In this document: in pieces, positions 1 to 10,391 of the stretch
Numbering within the stretch: position 1 is the first letter of the stretch
Layout: every line of letters starts with the position of its first letter
Assembly: GCA_002793915.1 (NCBI GenBank)
Contig: PFEF01000003.1
Location: 104,648 to 166,448 of the forward strand
DNA: 61,801 nucleotides
Direction: 5' to 3'
Source of the DNA: Candidatus Ryanbacteria bacterium CG10_big_fil_rev_8_21_14_0_10_43_42
Lineage (GTDB): Bacteria > Patescibacteriota > Minisyncoccia > Ryanbacterales > 2-02-FULL-48-12
Program-made: the position numbers and the translations under genes
Notes under the pieces: model-generated
What the model saw: only the letters and a program-made list of their open reading frames with translations
Database searches by the model: none
What the model was told of the DNA's origin: nothing

Positions 1-261
1 TCCGACAATCTGTCCCTCACGTAATTTAAATATTGCGATGGATTTTCGCGCCGGACGCGGACTTGGTTTTTGACCGGTAATAAGAGTTAGGTATTTTATG
101 ACTTCCTCGTGATACCATTTTTCCTTTCCGTTTTTACCAACACCAATATTTACCACTACCTTTTTAATGCGCGGCACCGCCAAAACATGAGCATACCCAA
201 ATTCCTTCTGCATGGCAGGTATAACGTCTTTGGTATATCGTTGTTCTATGGATGTAGTCAT
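1..261 (-). CDS. rplE: 50S ribosomal protein L5, N-terminal part (gene runs off the left edge)
   Basis: Own translation of minus strand from ATG at 259-261: MTTSIEQRYTKDVIPAMQKEFGYAHVLAVPRIKKVVVNIGVG...; L5-like N-terminus and canonical position after rplX. Confidence 0.8.
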   Translation of the reverse strand, partial: MTTSIEQRYTKDVIPAMQKEFGYAHVLAVPRIKKVVVNIGVGKNGKEKWYHEEVIKYLTLITGQKPSPRPARKSIAIFKLREGQIVG

Positions 262-275
262 AATAGGTCCAATGG

Positions 276-584
276 TTAGGCGCCGCATTTTTTACATACA
301 CGCCGTTTTTCACTTCCTTTTATCTCATAACCGATACGGGTTTTTTTACCGCACACATGACAGATAAGCTGAATATTCGAGACATGCATAGGAGCCGAAA
401 ATTCGGCAATTTCCCCTTTTTGTCCGGCACGGCGGGGTTTTACATGACGTTTTCTTGTATTAAGCCCTTCAATGATAATGGTATTATCATCAGGCAATGC
501 ACGACTAACAACCCCCGTTTTACCACGCTCTTTTCCCGCTATCACCAATACATTGTCTCCTTTCTTGATTCTCATATCACGCAT
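276..584 (-). CDS. rplX: 50S ribosomal protein L24 (start may be the ATG at 575)
   Basis: MRIKKGDNVLVIAGKERGKTG KOW motif, C-terminal CxxC...CxxC ribbon; synteny rplN-rplX-rplE. Confidence 0.9.
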   Translation of the reverse strand: MRDMRIKKGDNVLVIAGKERGKTGVVSRALPDDNTIIIEGLNTRKRHVKPRRAGQKGEIAEFSAPMHVSNIQLICHVCGKKTRIGYEIKGSEKRRVCKKCGA

Positions 585-602
585 TAAGAAATGATAATAT
601 CT

Positions 603-968
603 TTACACTACTTCATCTGCCAAAGAAATAATTTTCATATACCCGCGTTCTCTTAATTCCCGCGGTATCGGTCCGAAAATACGCCCTCCACGCGGCTCTT
701 TATCCTGCACGAGTACGGCGGCATTATCATCAAACCGAATATATGATCCATCCACGCGACGAAACGCCTGCGCTTGACGAACAATCACCGCACGCACAAT
801 ATCTTTTTTCTTTACCGCCTTGCGTGGCTCCGCTATCTTTACTGATGCCACCACAACATCCCCAATGCGGGCATAGCGCCGACGTGTACCTCCCAATATC
901 TTAAACACCTGGATGATACGAGCACCCGAGTTATCAGCAACTTTTAATCGTGTTTCTGGCTGAATCAT
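603..968 (-). CDS. rplN: 50S ribosomal protein L14
   Basis: [17 protein letters not shown]... canonical L14 N-terminus; synteny. Confidence 0.95.
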   Translation of the reverse strand: MIQPETRLKVADNSGARIIQVFKILGGTRRRYARIGDVVVASVKIAEPRKAVKKKDIVRAVIVRQAQAFRRVDGSYIRFDDNAAVLVQDKEPRGGRIFGPIPRELRERGYMKIISLADEVV

Positions 969-985
969 AATAGAAGGATTAGGTG

Positions 986-1234
986 TTAATTAATCTTTTC
1001 GGTTACCCGCCATGATTTATCTTTCGACAATGGGCGTGTTTCTTGAATAATCACCTTATCTCCGACCTTATAATGGTTTTCGGCATCATGTGCTTTAAAC
1101 TTCTTACTTACCTTGTAGTACTTTCGGTACTTTGGATATTTCGTCAAACGGGTAACACGAACAACTACGGTTTTTTCCATCCGATCCGATACCACCACGC
1201 CTCTCAATTTTTTAGGATACGTTGTTTGTTCCAT
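986..1234 (-). CDS. rpsQ: 30S ribosomal protein S17
   Basis: [20 protein letters not shown]...[23 protein letters not shown]; synteny. Confidence 0.9.
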   Translation of the reverse strand: MEQTTYPKKLRGVVVSDRMEKTVVVRVTRLTKYPKYRKYYKVSKKFKAHDAENHYKVGDKVIIQETRPLSKDKSWRVTEKIN

Positions 1235-1240
1235 GTTTGT

Positions 1241-1426
1241 TTATACTCCTTCTTTGATAACGGTCTGAATGCGTGCGATAGTACGACGTAAAGAACGTAC
1301 ATTTTCACCGCTCTTTCCCTTTCCCCCCGCCATACTAAAACGCAGTTTCTGAAGCTCTTCCTGCTTTTCCCTGGCAAGTTTCACAAGATCAGCGGATTTT
1401 TTTTCCCGTAACTCCTTTACATTCAT
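1241..1426 (-). CDS. rpmC: 50S ribosomal protein L29
   Basis: 61 aa, ELREKKSADLVKLAREKQEELQKLRF; position between rplP and rpsQ. Confidence 0.85.
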   Translation of the reverse strand: MNVKELREKKSADLVKLAREKQEELQKLRFSMAGGKGKSGENVRSLRRTIARIQTVIKEGV

Positions 1427-1502
1427 ACCATAACATTAAAGTTTGGCAACCCTCGAACGAACTTCCCTCTTTGTTTGGAAACTCGTTCGAGGGGCCAAGA
1501 CC

Positions 1503-1907
1503 TTATTTAATAATAACTTTTGTTTTAATCGGCAACTTTGCATTCGCCCGATTAAACGCCGCGCGCGCTATATCCTCGGAAACACCGTCTATTTCAAATA
1601 GTATTCTTCCCGGACGAACCGGAAACACATAGTGATCAGGAGCACCCTTTCCTCCTCCGAGCGTCGTTTCGGGAGGACGCTTTGTAATGGGCTTGTCGGG
1701 AAATATACGGATCCATAATTTACCTCCCCGTTGCATATGACGTGTCATGGCGCGCCTGGCTGATTCAATCTGACGCGAATTAATCCACCGCGGCTCCAAT
1801 GCTTTAAGCCCGAAAGATCCAAACGCAAGAGTGGTGCCTCGTGTTTCCACGCCGCGTGACCGGCCTCTTTGCCATTTTCTATGTTTTACTTTTTTGGGGA
1901 CTAACAT
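1503..1907 (-). CDS. rplP: 50S ribosomal protein L16
   Basis: [19 protein letters not shown]...; canonical L16 N-terminus; synteny. Confidence 0.95.
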   Translation of the reverse strand: MLVPKKVKHRKWQRGRSRGVETRGTTLAFGSFGLKALEPRWINSRQIESARRAMTRHMQRGGKLWIRIFPDKPITKRPPETTLGGGKGAPDHYVFPVRPGRILFEIDGVSEDIARAAFNRANAKLPIKTKVIIK

Positions 1908-2626
1908 TATTCTTTCTTATCTTTATCAAAAATATCTCCTCGATAAATCCACACCTTAACGCCGATAGCACCGTAGGGTAATCGCGCCGTGCGGGATGCG
2001 TAATCGATATCGGCACGCAATGTCTGAAGCGGAATACGCCCTTTTCTAAGCCATTCGTGACGACCCATTTCAGCTCCGTCGAGGCGTCCCTTTACCGATA
2101 CCTTCACGCCCTCCACATCTTTTTGGGTCATAACTTTTTCAAGGGTGTTTTTAAGAACACGGCGAAATGACATACGACGCTCTAGCTCCTGAACTACCAT
2201 TTGGGCCACAATAGATGCACGTGATTCTGGCGACCGTACTTCTTCAATTGTTAATTTCACATTTAATTTACCCTTCTCTTTCTTTTCTATAGCATCAAGT
2301 CCGCGACGTTTTTCCACAAGAGCAGAACGAAATTCAACCCTTGCCACAAATGTGCGTATTTTTTCTTTGAGTTTTTCGGCTCCCTCTCCTCCTCTTCCAA
2401 TAAGAATACCCGGCTGGCTTGTGCTTATAATAATATGGATAATACGCGGAGAGCGTTCGATATCGATGGAATCCACCAAAATACCCTTAAGCTCTTTCCA
2501 TAAAAACTCCCGAAGAAGTGTATCTACTTTCAGATGCCGGCGATATGCGCGCTTGTCAAACCAGCGTGATCGCCAATCATTTATAATACCTAATCTGAGT
2601 CCGTATGGATGAGCAACGTGTGTCAT
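1907..2626 (-). CDS. rpsC: 30S ribosomal protein S3 (start trimmed to [13 protein letters not shown])
   Basis: [20 protein letters not shown] domain GRGGEG; trimmed start lies 4 nt after the rplV stop. Confidence 0.9.
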   Translation of the reverse strand: MTHVAHPYGLRLGIINDWRSRWFDKRAYRRHLKVDTLLREFLWKELKGILVDSIDIERSPRIIHIIISTSQPGILIGRGGEGAEKLKEKIRTFVARVEFRSALVEKRRGLDAIEKKEKGKLNVKLTIEEVRSPESRASIVAQMVVQELERRMSFRRVLKNTLEKVMTQKDVEGVKVSVKGRLDGAEMGRHEWLRKGRIPLQTLRADIDYASRTARLPYGAIGVKVWIYRGDIFDKDKKE

Positions 2627-2630
2627 AATA

Positions 2631-2966
2631 TTATTCCTTTTCTCCCAATATAAGTCGGATATGGCTTGTACGCTTACGAAGAACGGTAGCGCGCCCATGC
2701 GCGCGCGGCAAGGATCGCTTGAACATCGGTCCGGGATCCACGAAAATTGTTTTTATAAACAACCCTGCTTCCTGTAAACCGGCATTCTTTGCATTACTTA
2801 CCGCAGAATCAAGCAACTTAGCAAGAATAGGCGCTCCCTTTTTAGGCAGAAGAAAAAGCTGGGTACGCGCCGCCGCGAGCGAAGATCCGCGTACGGCATC
2901 AACCACCAACCGCATTTTTTGCGGTGATATGCGTGCATATTTTAGTTGTGCTTTTGCTTCTTTCAT
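2631..2966 (-). CDS. rplV: 50S ribosomal protein L22
   Basis: AKAQLKYARISPQKMRLVVDAVRG; synteny rpsS-rplV-rpsC. Confidence 0.9.
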   Translation of the reverse strand: MKEAKAQLKYARISPQKMRLVVDAVRGSSLAAARTQLFLLPKKGAPILAKLLDSAVSNAKNAGLQEAGLFIKTIFVDPGPMFKRSLPRAHGRATVLRKRTSHIRLILGEKE

Positions 2967-2969
2967 AAT

Positions 2970-3266
2970 CTATTTACCGGATTTAGCTCTTACGTCCTGC
3001 GCCTTTTGTATTTTTCCGCCATGACGCACAAATTTGCGGGTGGGACTAAATTCTCCCAATCTATGTCCCACCATCTCTTCACTAATAAGCACCGCAATAT
3101 GATCCTTTCCATTATGCACCCCGAACGTATGGCCAACCATTTCCGGGCTAATCGTACTGTTCCGCGCCCACGTCTTAATAACAGCCTTGGAGCCGGGTGC
3201 TATATGAGAAATTTTCTTTAATAATTTCTCATCAATATAAGGACCTTTTTTGATACTTCGTGACAT
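2970..3266 (-). CDS. rpsS: 30S ribosomal protein S19
   Basis: [18 protein letters not shown]...[10 protein letters not shown]; canonical S19. Confidence 0.95.
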   Translation of the reverse strand: MSRSIKKGPYIDEKLLKKISHIAPGSKAVIKTWARNSTISPEMVGHTFGVHNGKDHIAVLISEEMVGHRLGEFSPTRKFVRHGGKIQKAQDVRAKSGK

Positions 3267-3351
3267 ATGGGAATATTATAATTCTGTTATACTGCGGTAT
3301 GCAGTGTTAGCTTTTTACCTTGTTTCTGAAACTTTGTAAAGCAATTTGGTA

Positions 3352-4176
3352 TTATTTCTTTCTTCGCTGGAGTATAAGTGCGTTTGAATATTTCTTTTTA
3401 TTACGCGTTTTTACACCGCGAATGCCCTTACCCCATTTATTCTTCGGTCGCTTCATACCGCGCTGTGTCTTACCCTCTCCTCCTCCAAACGGATGATCAA
3501 CCGGATTCATAGCAGATCCACGTACAGTAGGACGAATACCCAACCATCGGGAACGTCCTGCCTTTCCGAGGGTAACAAACCGATGTTCTTCTCCCGAAAG
3601 CTTTCCGATGGACGCCCAGCATGTATTTAAAACCTTTCGTATTTCCTTGGAAGGCATTTTAAGGGATGTATATCCCCCGTCCTGAGCAATTACCTCGGCT
3701 CCCACACCTGCCGCCCGTACCATCTTGCCGCCCGTACCCGGTTTCACTTCAATATTGTACACTGACGTTCCCACCGGAACACTTTTTAACATAGTACGAT
3801 TACCCGGTTTTATTTCTGCCGTTTCGGAAGCTATAATCTGATCGCCAACTTCCGTTTGTTGAGGAAGAAGAATATAGCGCTTTTCTCCATCGGCATAGCA
3901 CACAAGCGCAATAAAGGTCGTACGATTGGGATCATATTCATTCGAAACAATCCGCGCCGGAATATCATACTTATCCTGATAAAAGTCAATCAGTCGATAT
4001 AATCGCTTATGACCCCCTCCTTTATGACGCGTTGTTATACGTCCGGCATTATTTCTTCCCACTGCGCGCCGAAAACCAAACGTAAGATTCTTTTCAGGAT
4101 CTTTTTTTGTAAGGAATGTGCGCTCCATTACCGTCATACCACGCCTTCCCGGTGATGTTGGTTTATACTTTTTCAT
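3352..4176 (-). CDS. rplB: 50S ribosomal protein L2
   Basis: KPTSPGRRGM..., GGGHKRLYR, MNPVDHPFGGGEG. Confidence 0.95.
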   Translation of the reverse strand: MKKYKPTSPGRRGMTVMERTFLTKKDPEKNLTFGFRRAVGRNNAGRITTRHKGGGHKRLYRLIDFYQDKYDIPARIVSNEYDPNRTTFIALVCYADGEKRYILLPQQTEVGDQIIASETAEIKPGNRTMLKSVPVGTSVYNIEVKPGTGGKMVRAAGVGAEVIAQDGGYTSLKMPSKEIRKVLNTCWASIGKLSGEEHRFVTLGKAGRSRWLGIRPTVRGSAMNPVDHPFGGGEGKTQRGMKRPKNKWGKGIRGVKTRNKKKYSNALILQRRKK

Positions 4177-4577
4177 TATACAATCTCAATCTTATGACCT
4201 TCTTGTAAGGTAACCATAGCTTTCTTATATCCGGGATGCCATCCGGTTATACGCCCGCGACGTATGGTATGTCCGGGAACGCGTACCGTGCGAACGGTTT
4301 CCACTTCCACTTTGTACATCTTTTCCACCGCACTACGAATCTCTATTTTATTAGCGGCGGTATCCACTTTAAATGTATACGTTCCCTGCTCTCCCAAACG
4401 TGCCGCCTTTTCGGTGATAAGAGGAGATTTTAAAACGGTAAAGTCTTTTCGTGCGGGTGCCGCATACTTTACCTCCTTTTTAGTAACGGATTTTTTTGCA
4501 CCAGAATTATTCTTGGGCTTTTTTTCTTTTCCCAAATCCGTACTTTGCTCCTCTTTTTTTGATCCAAACAGTGCCAT
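4176..4577 (-). CDS. rplW: 50S ribosomal protein L23 with about 45-aa Lys-rich N-terminal extension
   Basis: C-terminal 90 aa L23-like (LKSPLITEKA...FKVDTAANKIEIRSAVEKMYKV); synteny rplD-rplW-rplB. Confidence 0.85.
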   Translation of the reverse strand: MALFGSKKEEQSTDLGKEKKPKNNSGAKKSVTKKEVKYAAPARKDFTVLKSPLITEKAARLGEQGTYTFKVDTAANKIEIRSAVEKMYKVEVETVRTVRVPGHTIRRGRITGWHPGYKKAMVTLQEGHKIEIV

Positions 4578-4636
4578 AATGTAAGATATAAAACGCTAGG
4601 TGAAAGGTATAAAATTATTTTTTATGATAATTCCTC

Positions 4637-5329
4637 CTATTCCTTAGATTCCGAACGTTCTTTTTTCTTAGTTGCTAATTCCGTAAGCACAGAAAGCGAT
4701 TCTTTTGGAAGAACCACATATTTGCATGCCAAAATATCTTTCGCATGCAAATTGCGTGCTTCTTCGGATCCCACAAAAGGAATGTTGCGCATTGAACGAA
4801 TAGTCGCTGCATCGTATGTCGGTAATGCCAAAAGAACACGGCCCCCCTTTTTTCCAATATGCGCCATGTGCTTTTCTGCGCGTAACGCGGTAAACGTTTG
4901 AGCGGCGTGTTTCGTGCGTCCCTCCGGAAATGTTAATGTGTCCATTACAATAATCTCTCCATCACGAGCCTTTGCAGAAAGAGACATAAGCAAAGCCTTC
5001 TTGCGCATTGTTTTTGTGATATCCTTGGCATAAACCGTGTCTTTAGTAGGTCCATGCGTAACACCTCCGCCAGACCAAATAGGAGATCTGCTTGACCCAT
5101 GACGCGCACGCCCCGTTCCCTTCTGGCGCCACGGCTTTTTTCCGCCACCGGAAACCTCTCCGCGCCCCTTCGTGTGCGCCAAATTCTGCCTTGCGCGAGA
5201 TCGCTGTACCACAACAGCCTGATGTACTAAATCCGCATTCCATGCAACACCAAATACCGCCTCCGGTAACGCCACCGTGCCGATATTTTTGCCTTCCATG
5301 TTGTATACGTTGGTTTCCATATATGTCAT
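4637..5329 (-). CDS. rplD: 50S ribosomal protein L4
   Basis: AHTKGRGEVSGGGKKPWRQKGTGRARHGS motif; ATG overlaps the rplC stop (TAATG). Confidence 0.9.
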   Translation of the reverse strand: MTYMETNVYNMEGKNIGTVALPEAVFGVAWNADLVHQAVVVQRSRARQNLAHTKGRGEVSGGGKKPWRQKGTGRARHGSSRSPIWSGGGVTHGPTKDTVYAKDITKTMRKKALLMSLSAKARDGEIIVMDTLTFPEGRTKHAAQTFTALRAEKHMAHIGKKGGRVLLALPTYDAATIRSMRNIPFVGSEEARNLHAKDILACKYVVLPKESLSVLTELATKKKERSESKE

Positions 5330-5889
5330 TATGTGCGAATTTCCACAACACTCCCCCGATTTCCGGGAATACCTCCTTTTATAGCAATCATATGCTCCTC
5401 AGGGAATATCTTCACTACCCTCGTACCACCTATAGTGACGCGGTCCGATCCCATACGTCCTGCCATTTTCTGACCTTTCAGAACTTTTTGTACACCTCCT
5501 GCGCCAATCGATCCCGGTTGTCTGTGAGCATGTTTCGTTCCGTGAGTTTTTGAAGCTCCATGAAATCCATGACGCTTTACGCCTCCCTGAAATCCTTTTC
5601 CTTTTGATATGGCACTAATGGTTATCTTTTCTCCCTCCTCGAAAGAAGAAACATCTATCATATCCCCTACGGCAAACGTAATTTCCCGTTTGCGTCCCGG
5701 CTTATCAGCACGAAACTCACGCGTAGCTTTTCCGGCACGAACCTGCACAGCCTCATACCCATCTTTTTCTTTTGTGCGTAGGGCAGTAACCTCATTTGGT
5801 ACAACGCGAACAAGCGTAGCGGAATGCGCCCGACCATCGTCGGTAAATACTTGTGTCATTTCCCATTTTGTACCCAAAAGTATTTTCAT
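5329..5889 (-). CDS. rplC: 50S ribosomal protein L3 (start trimmed to MKILLGTKWEMTQVF)
   Basis: Canonical L3 N-terminus begins at ATG 5887-5889. The 48 upstream codons of the ORF are not L3-like and encode hairpins. Confidence 0.9.
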   Translation of the reverse strand: MKILLGTKWEMTQVFTDDGRAHSATLVRVVPNEVTALRTKEKDGYEAVQVRAGKATREFRADKPGRKREITFAVGDMIDVSSFEEGEKITISAISKGKGFQGGVKRHGFHGASKTHGTKHAHRQPGSIGAGGVQKVLKGQKMAGRMGSDRVTIGGTRVVKIFPEEHMIAIKGGIPGNRGSVVEIRT

Positions 5890-6033
5890 AATAGTAGAGG
5901 TAAAACGAATGCCGTAATCACTTTCGCTTACATGCGTATGTTTGTAACAAAACGACCGGAGATGTCCGGTCGTTCGGGACAATCCACTTTCCTTTAGTCT
6001 AGTGGGACGGGACAGTATGCCGCAATGCGGCAC

Positions 6034-6363
6034 TTATCCCATCTTTATTTCAATATCAACTCCTGCGGGTAAGTTTAAATTCGTAAGCGCGTCGATAATC
6101 TTCGGTACGGGATTCAATATATCGATAAGACGCTTATGCACGCGCATTTCGAACTGTTCCCGTGCATTTTTGTGAACAAACGTCGAACGATTAACCGTAT
6201 ATTTGCGCACCTCGGTAGGAAGAGGAAGAGGACCTGCCACTTCTGCTCCATATCGCGTTGCGGTATCTACGATCTGCCGTAAGCTCGAGTCAATAATCTT
6301 ATGATCATATCCTCTAATACGAATACGGAGCCGCTGTTTGTCATCTTCGCGCTTTACTGCCAT
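6034..6363 (-). CDS. rpsJ: 30S ribosomal protein S10
   Basis: [17 protein letters not shown]...[27 protein letters not shown]. Confidence 0.95.
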   Translation of the reverse strand: MAVKREDDKQRLRIRIRGYDHKIIDSSLRQIVDTATRYGAEVAGPLPLPTEVRKYTVNRSTFVHKNAREQFEMRVHKRLIDILNPVPKIIDALTNLNLPAGVDIEIKMG

Positions 6364-6372
6364 AAATATAAT

Positions 6373-7569
6373 CTATTTATCTATTTTTGTTACTACACCG
6401 GCACCCACTGTATGTCCTCCCTCTCGAATTGCGAATCGCTGTTTTTCTTCAAGAGCAATCGGGGAAATAAGTTTTACCTTAAATGTTATCGTATCTCCGG
6501 GCATAACCATTTCCGTGCCTTCCGGCAAAGTTACGTCTCCCGTTACGTCTGTGGTACGAATGTAAAACTGTGGCTTGTATCCGTTGAAGAACGGTGTATG
6601 ACGACCTCCTTCTTCTTTGGTAAGAATATATACCTCCGCATCAAATTCAGTGTGTGGCGTAATACTACCCGGCTTTGCAAGTACTTGTCCGCGCTCTACA
6701 TCTTCCTTTTTAAGACCGCGCAAAAGAAGACCCGTGTTATCTCCCGCAATACCCTCATCAAGAGATTTGTTAAACATCTCAATACCGGTAACAACCGTCT
6801 TTTGTGTCGGACGAATACCAACAATTTCGATTTCTTCGTTTACCTTTACTTTCCCACGCTCAACACGACCCGTACATACCGTACCGCGTCCTTCAATGGA
6901 GAATACATCCTCCACCGGCATAAGAAACGGCTTTTCCGTTTCGCGTACCGGTTCCGGAATATATTCATCAAGCGTTTTGATAAGCTCAAGTACCTTCTGT
7001 ACATATTCATCATCCACAGAAGTTGCTTCAAGTGCCTTCAGACCAGATCCGCGAATAACCGGCGTTGTGTCTCCAGGAAATTCATATTTTGTGAGCAATT
7101 CCCGTATTTCCTCTTCTACGAGATCTATTAATTCCGGATCGGAAACCATATCCACCTTATTAATAAACACCACAATGGACGGCACACCAACCTGACGCGC
7201 TAAAAGAATATGCTCACGAGTTTGCGGCATAGGACCATCCACAGCAGATACCACTAAGACAGCTCCGTCCATTTGGGCCGCTCCGGTAATCATGTTCTTA
7301 ATATAATCAGCGTGTCCCGGTGCATCAATATGCGCATAGTGACGTGTTGCCGATTCATATTCGGAGTGATGGAGCGCAATGGTAATACCGCGCTTTTTTT
7401 CCTCCGGCGCCTTGTCAATCTCATCAATTTTCTCAAGCTTAACCTTCTGTCCGTCAAGATTAAGAGAATGCAAAATTGCCGCGGTTAGCGTTGTTTTTCC
7501 ATGATCCACGTGACCAATGGTACCTACATTAACGTGAGGTTTTGACCTCTCAAATTTTTCTGCTGCCAT
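6373..7569 (-). CDS. tuf: Elongation factor Tu
   Basis: [23 protein letters not shown]-motifs; 398 aa. Confidence 0.97.
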   Translation of the reverse strand: MAAEKFERSKPHVNVGTIGHVDHGKTTLTAAILHSLNLDGQKVKLEKIDEIDKAPEEKKRGITIALHHSEYESATRHYAHIDAPGHADYIKNMITGAAQMDGAVLVVSAVDGPMPQTREHILLARQVGVPSIVVFINKVDMVSDPELIDLVEEEIRELLTKYEFPGDTTPVIRGSGLKALEATSVDDEYVQKVLELIKTLDEYIPEPVRETEKPFLMPVEDVFSIEGRGTVCTGRVERGKVKVNEEIEIVGIRPTQKTVVTGIEMFNKSLDEGIAGDNTGLLLRGLKKEDVERGQVLAKPGSITPHTEFDAEVYILTKEEGGRHTPFFNGYKPQFYIRTTDVTGDVTLPEGTEMVMPGDTITFKVKLISPIALEEKQRFAIREGGHTVGAGVVTKIDK

Positions 7570-7651
7570 ATAGCTAAAATCTAGTATTTATAATAAATTT
7601 ATATTTTCACGCGTAGGTACCGTATCATACCGTGGCGTATAAAGTCAAATG

Positions 7652-8044
7652 TTATAATGGCAGATCCTCGAGATGAATCTCGTCCTCCAGAGGGATGGAT
7701 GCGAGACCCGCCCCCAATATACCTGGAGAGACTACAGAAAAAACATCGTCGGCTTTCTGTACCGGCTCGCTTTCCCCCTCTTTGGATATCTGATGCATTT
7801 CCGCCTTGAAATTCTCCGTAGAATCATCAGCATCAGTAAGATTCATACTATCAAACACTTCGTATGCTTGCAAGCGGTTAGAGTCTTCCCCCGTAAGCTC
7901 CTCATAATGACGTGCCGCCATAATCACAAAGTCCTCCCCGCGCTCGTTTGTATAGCGCATGGGTGGCCGCTTCACGTGCCAGGTATCGTCTGTTTTATCT
8001 AAAAATTGCCCGAGCTTCGTAAACATTTCTATAATGTACATCAA
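7652..8044 (-). CDS. Hypothetical acidic protein inserted between fusA and tuf (N-terminal part weakly Phd/YefM-antitoxin-like)
   Basis: 130-aa ORF, same strand as the operon; VKRPPMRYTNERGEDFVIMAARHYEEL resembles antitoxin N-domains by eye only. Confidence 0.4.
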   Translation of the reverse strand: MMYIIEMFTKLGQFLDKTDDTWHVKRPPMRYTNERGEDFVIMAARHYEELTGEDSNRLQAYEVFDSMNLTDADDSTENFKAEMHQISKEGESEPVQKADDVFSVVSPGILGAGLASIPLEDEIHLEDLPL

Positions 8045-8074
8045 ACAAAAAGATTTGACAATACTGTTTTATGT

Positions 8075-8106
8075 AGTAAAAAATCCTCACTTAAACGTGA
8101 GGATTT
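8075..8106 (-). terminator. Intrinsic terminator-like hairpin just downstream of fusA
   Basis: 9-bp stem 8082-8090/8097-8105 followed on the minus strand by TTTTAC. Confidence 0.55.
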
Positions 8107-8125
8107 TTTACATATGCATTCCTTC

Positions 8126-10222
8126 TTACTTTTTACCTTCGCGGATCTGTTCGGCAATATGCGTAGGCACTTCCTCAAAATGGGAAAATTCCATGGAAGA
8201 ACTCGCACGTCCTTCCGTCATGGAACGAAGATTCGTTGTATAACCGAACATTTCGGAGAGCGGCACATTTGCCGTTATTACTTTCACATTCGGACGATCC
8301 GCCATTTCATCAATACGTCCACGCTTTGCATTCAGATCTCCCGTAACGTCCCCCATGAATTTATCCGGTGTTGTTACCTCCACCTTCATAATCGGCTCTA
8401 ATAATACAGGATTTGCCTGTTTTACCACTTCCTGAAATGCCATGGATCCCGCTATTTTAAATGCTCCTTCCGAAGAGTCCACTTCATGGAACGAACCGTC
8501 ATAAAGAATAACTTTTACATCAATTAACGGATATCCCGCAATTACACCTTTATCCGCCGCCTCCCTGATTCCTTTTTCCACCGCCGGGATGTACTCACGC
8601 GGTATGGATCCTCCCTTGATACTGTTTTCAAATACGACTCCCGCTCCCCGCTCTAAAGGTTCAATGCGAAGCTTAACGTGTCCGTATTGTCCACGACCAC
8701 CCGACTGACGAATGTACTTCCCTTCCGCTTCGGCTCCCTTTTTAACAGTTTCTTTGTATGCAACTCGTGGCTGTCCTACATTGGTGGCTACATTAAATTC
8801 CCGCTTCATGCGATCCACTAAAATCTCAAGATGCAACTCACCCATACCGGAAATAATAGTTTCCATTGTTTCGGTATCGGTATGTACCTGAAATGTTGGA
8901 TCTTCCTCGGAAAGACGCTTAAGAGCAATACCCATTTTTTCCTGATCAGCTTTTGTTTTCGGCTCCACGCGAAGCGAAATAACAGGTGCTGAAAAATTAA
9001 TTTTTTCTAAAATAATGGGGTGGTCCGGATCCGAAAGCGTGTCTCCCGTGGTTGTATTTTTAAGTCCTACCATAGCGCCAATTTCTCCGGCATAAATCTC
9101 CTTCACTTCCTCACGGTCATTGGCATGCATACGAAGAATACGCCCTACACGCTCTTTCTCTCCTTTTGTCGCATTATAGACATATGACCCCGCCTGAAGA
9201 ACTCCGGAATATACTCGGAAATAAGTAAGCTGTCCTACATACGGATCAGTTTGTAATTTAAAAGCGAGCGCTGAAAACGATTCTTCATCATCCGCTTTAC
9301 GTGTTATCTCCTCTTCCGTTTTTGGATCAATCCCAACAACAGGAGGCACATCGAGCGGACTTGGTAAATAATCCACCACCGCGTCCAACAACATCTGAAC
9401 GCCTTTATTTTTAAGAGCGGTGCCACAAAAAACAGGCACCAACGTATAGGCAAGCGTTCCCTTTCTGATACCAGCGCGTAATTCTTCTTCGGTAATTTCA
9501 CCTCCCTCAAGATATTTTTCCGTAAGATCGTCATCCACTTCGGCAACCTTTTCAAGGAGATTCGCGCGCGCTTCTTCCGCTTCCGCCTTCATATTATCAG
9601 GGATATCGCTTACCTCAATTTTTTCTCCGTGACCACCCGAAAAGCGTACCGCCTTCATACGTACAAGATCGATAACTCCCTCAAAATCTGCCTCAAGCCC
9701 CATAGGAAGCATGGCGGGAATAGCGTTTGGCGTAAGACGTTCCAGAATAGACTGATAGCTCTGTACAAAATTCGCCCCCATACGATCAAGCTTGTTAATA
9801 AAACAAATACGAGGCACATGATATTTATCCGCCTGCCGCCACACGGTCTCCGACTGCGGCTCGACACCGGCTACTCCGTCGAAAACAACAACACCGCCAT
9901 CCAAAACGCGAAGAGAGCGTTCCACCTCGGCGGTAAAGTCCACGTGTCCGGGAGTGTCGATAATATTAAAACGATACTCGCCACCATCCGGCGCATAGGT
10001 ACGTTTCCAAAAACATGTTGTTGCCGCGGATGTAATAGTAATACCACGCTCCTGCTCCTGTTCCATCCAGTCCATAATCGCCGCTCCTTCATGAACTTCA
10101 CCTATTTTATGAGAAACGCCCGTGTAAAACAAAACCCGTTCGGTTACGGTTGTTTTTCCGGCGTCGATATGAGCGATGATTCCAAAATCTCGCACTTTTT
10201 CCAATGGGTATTGTCGTGCCAT
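8126..10222 (-). CDS. fusA: Elongation factor G
   Basis: [22 protein letters not shown]; 698 aa. Confidence 0.97.
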   Translation of the reverse strand: MARQYPLEKVRDFGIIAHIDAGKTTVTERVLFYTGVSHKIGEVHEGAAIMDWMEQEQERGITITSAATTCFWKRTYAPDGGEYRFNIIDTPGHVDFTAEVERSLRVLDGGVVVFDGVAGVEPQSETVWRQADKYHVPRICFINKLDRMGANFVQSYQSILERLTPNAIPAMLPMGLEADFEGVIDLVRMKAVRFSGGHGEKIEVSDIPDNMKAEAEEARANLLEKVAEVDDDLTEKYLEGGEITEEELRAGIRKGTLAYTLVPVFCGTALKNKGVQMLLDAVVDYLPSPLDVPPVVGIDPKTEEEITRKADDEESFSALAFKLQTDPYVGQLTYFRVYSGVLQAGSYVYNATKGEKERVGRILRMHANDREEVKEIYAGEIGAMVGLKNTTTGDTLSDPDHPIILEKINFSAPVISLRVEPKTKADQEKMGIALKRLSEEDPTFQVHTDTETMETIISGMGELHLEILVDRMKREFNVATNVGQPRVAYKETVKKGAEAEGKYIRQSGGRGQYGHVKLRIEPLERGAGVVFENSIKGGSIPREYIPAVEKGIREAADKGVIAGYPLIDVKVILYDGSFHEVDSSEGAFKIAGSMAFQEVVKQANPVLLEPIMKVEVTTPDKFMGDVTGDLNAKRGRIDEMADRPNVKVITANVPLSEMFGYTTNLRSMTEGRASSSMEFSHFEEVPTHIAEQIREGKK

Positions 10223-10391
10223 AGTCTAAATCTATGAATTTTCTAATCTTAAAATAATGGTAAGTCTCAAGGGTTTCTTGTTTGGATGCAATGCGCGGCG
10301 CGAGCAAGGGGCGAAACGAGCCGTATCGTGAATACGGTGAGTAAGACACGAAGCGAAGCAACAAAGCAGGGCGCCAAACAAGGAAGCCGCC

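Noticed and set aside
5890-6033. N-terminal 48-codon extension of the rplC ORF starting at GTG 6031-6033
   Set aside because: The extension is not L3-like and is encoded by hairpin-forming sequence. The canonical L3 N-terminus starts at 5889.
6301-7131. 276-aa plus-strand ORF (and 6617-7195, 192 aa) overlapping tuf
   Set aside because: They lie antisense to a highly conserved gene, have low-complexity odd composition and no SD. These are shadow ORFs.
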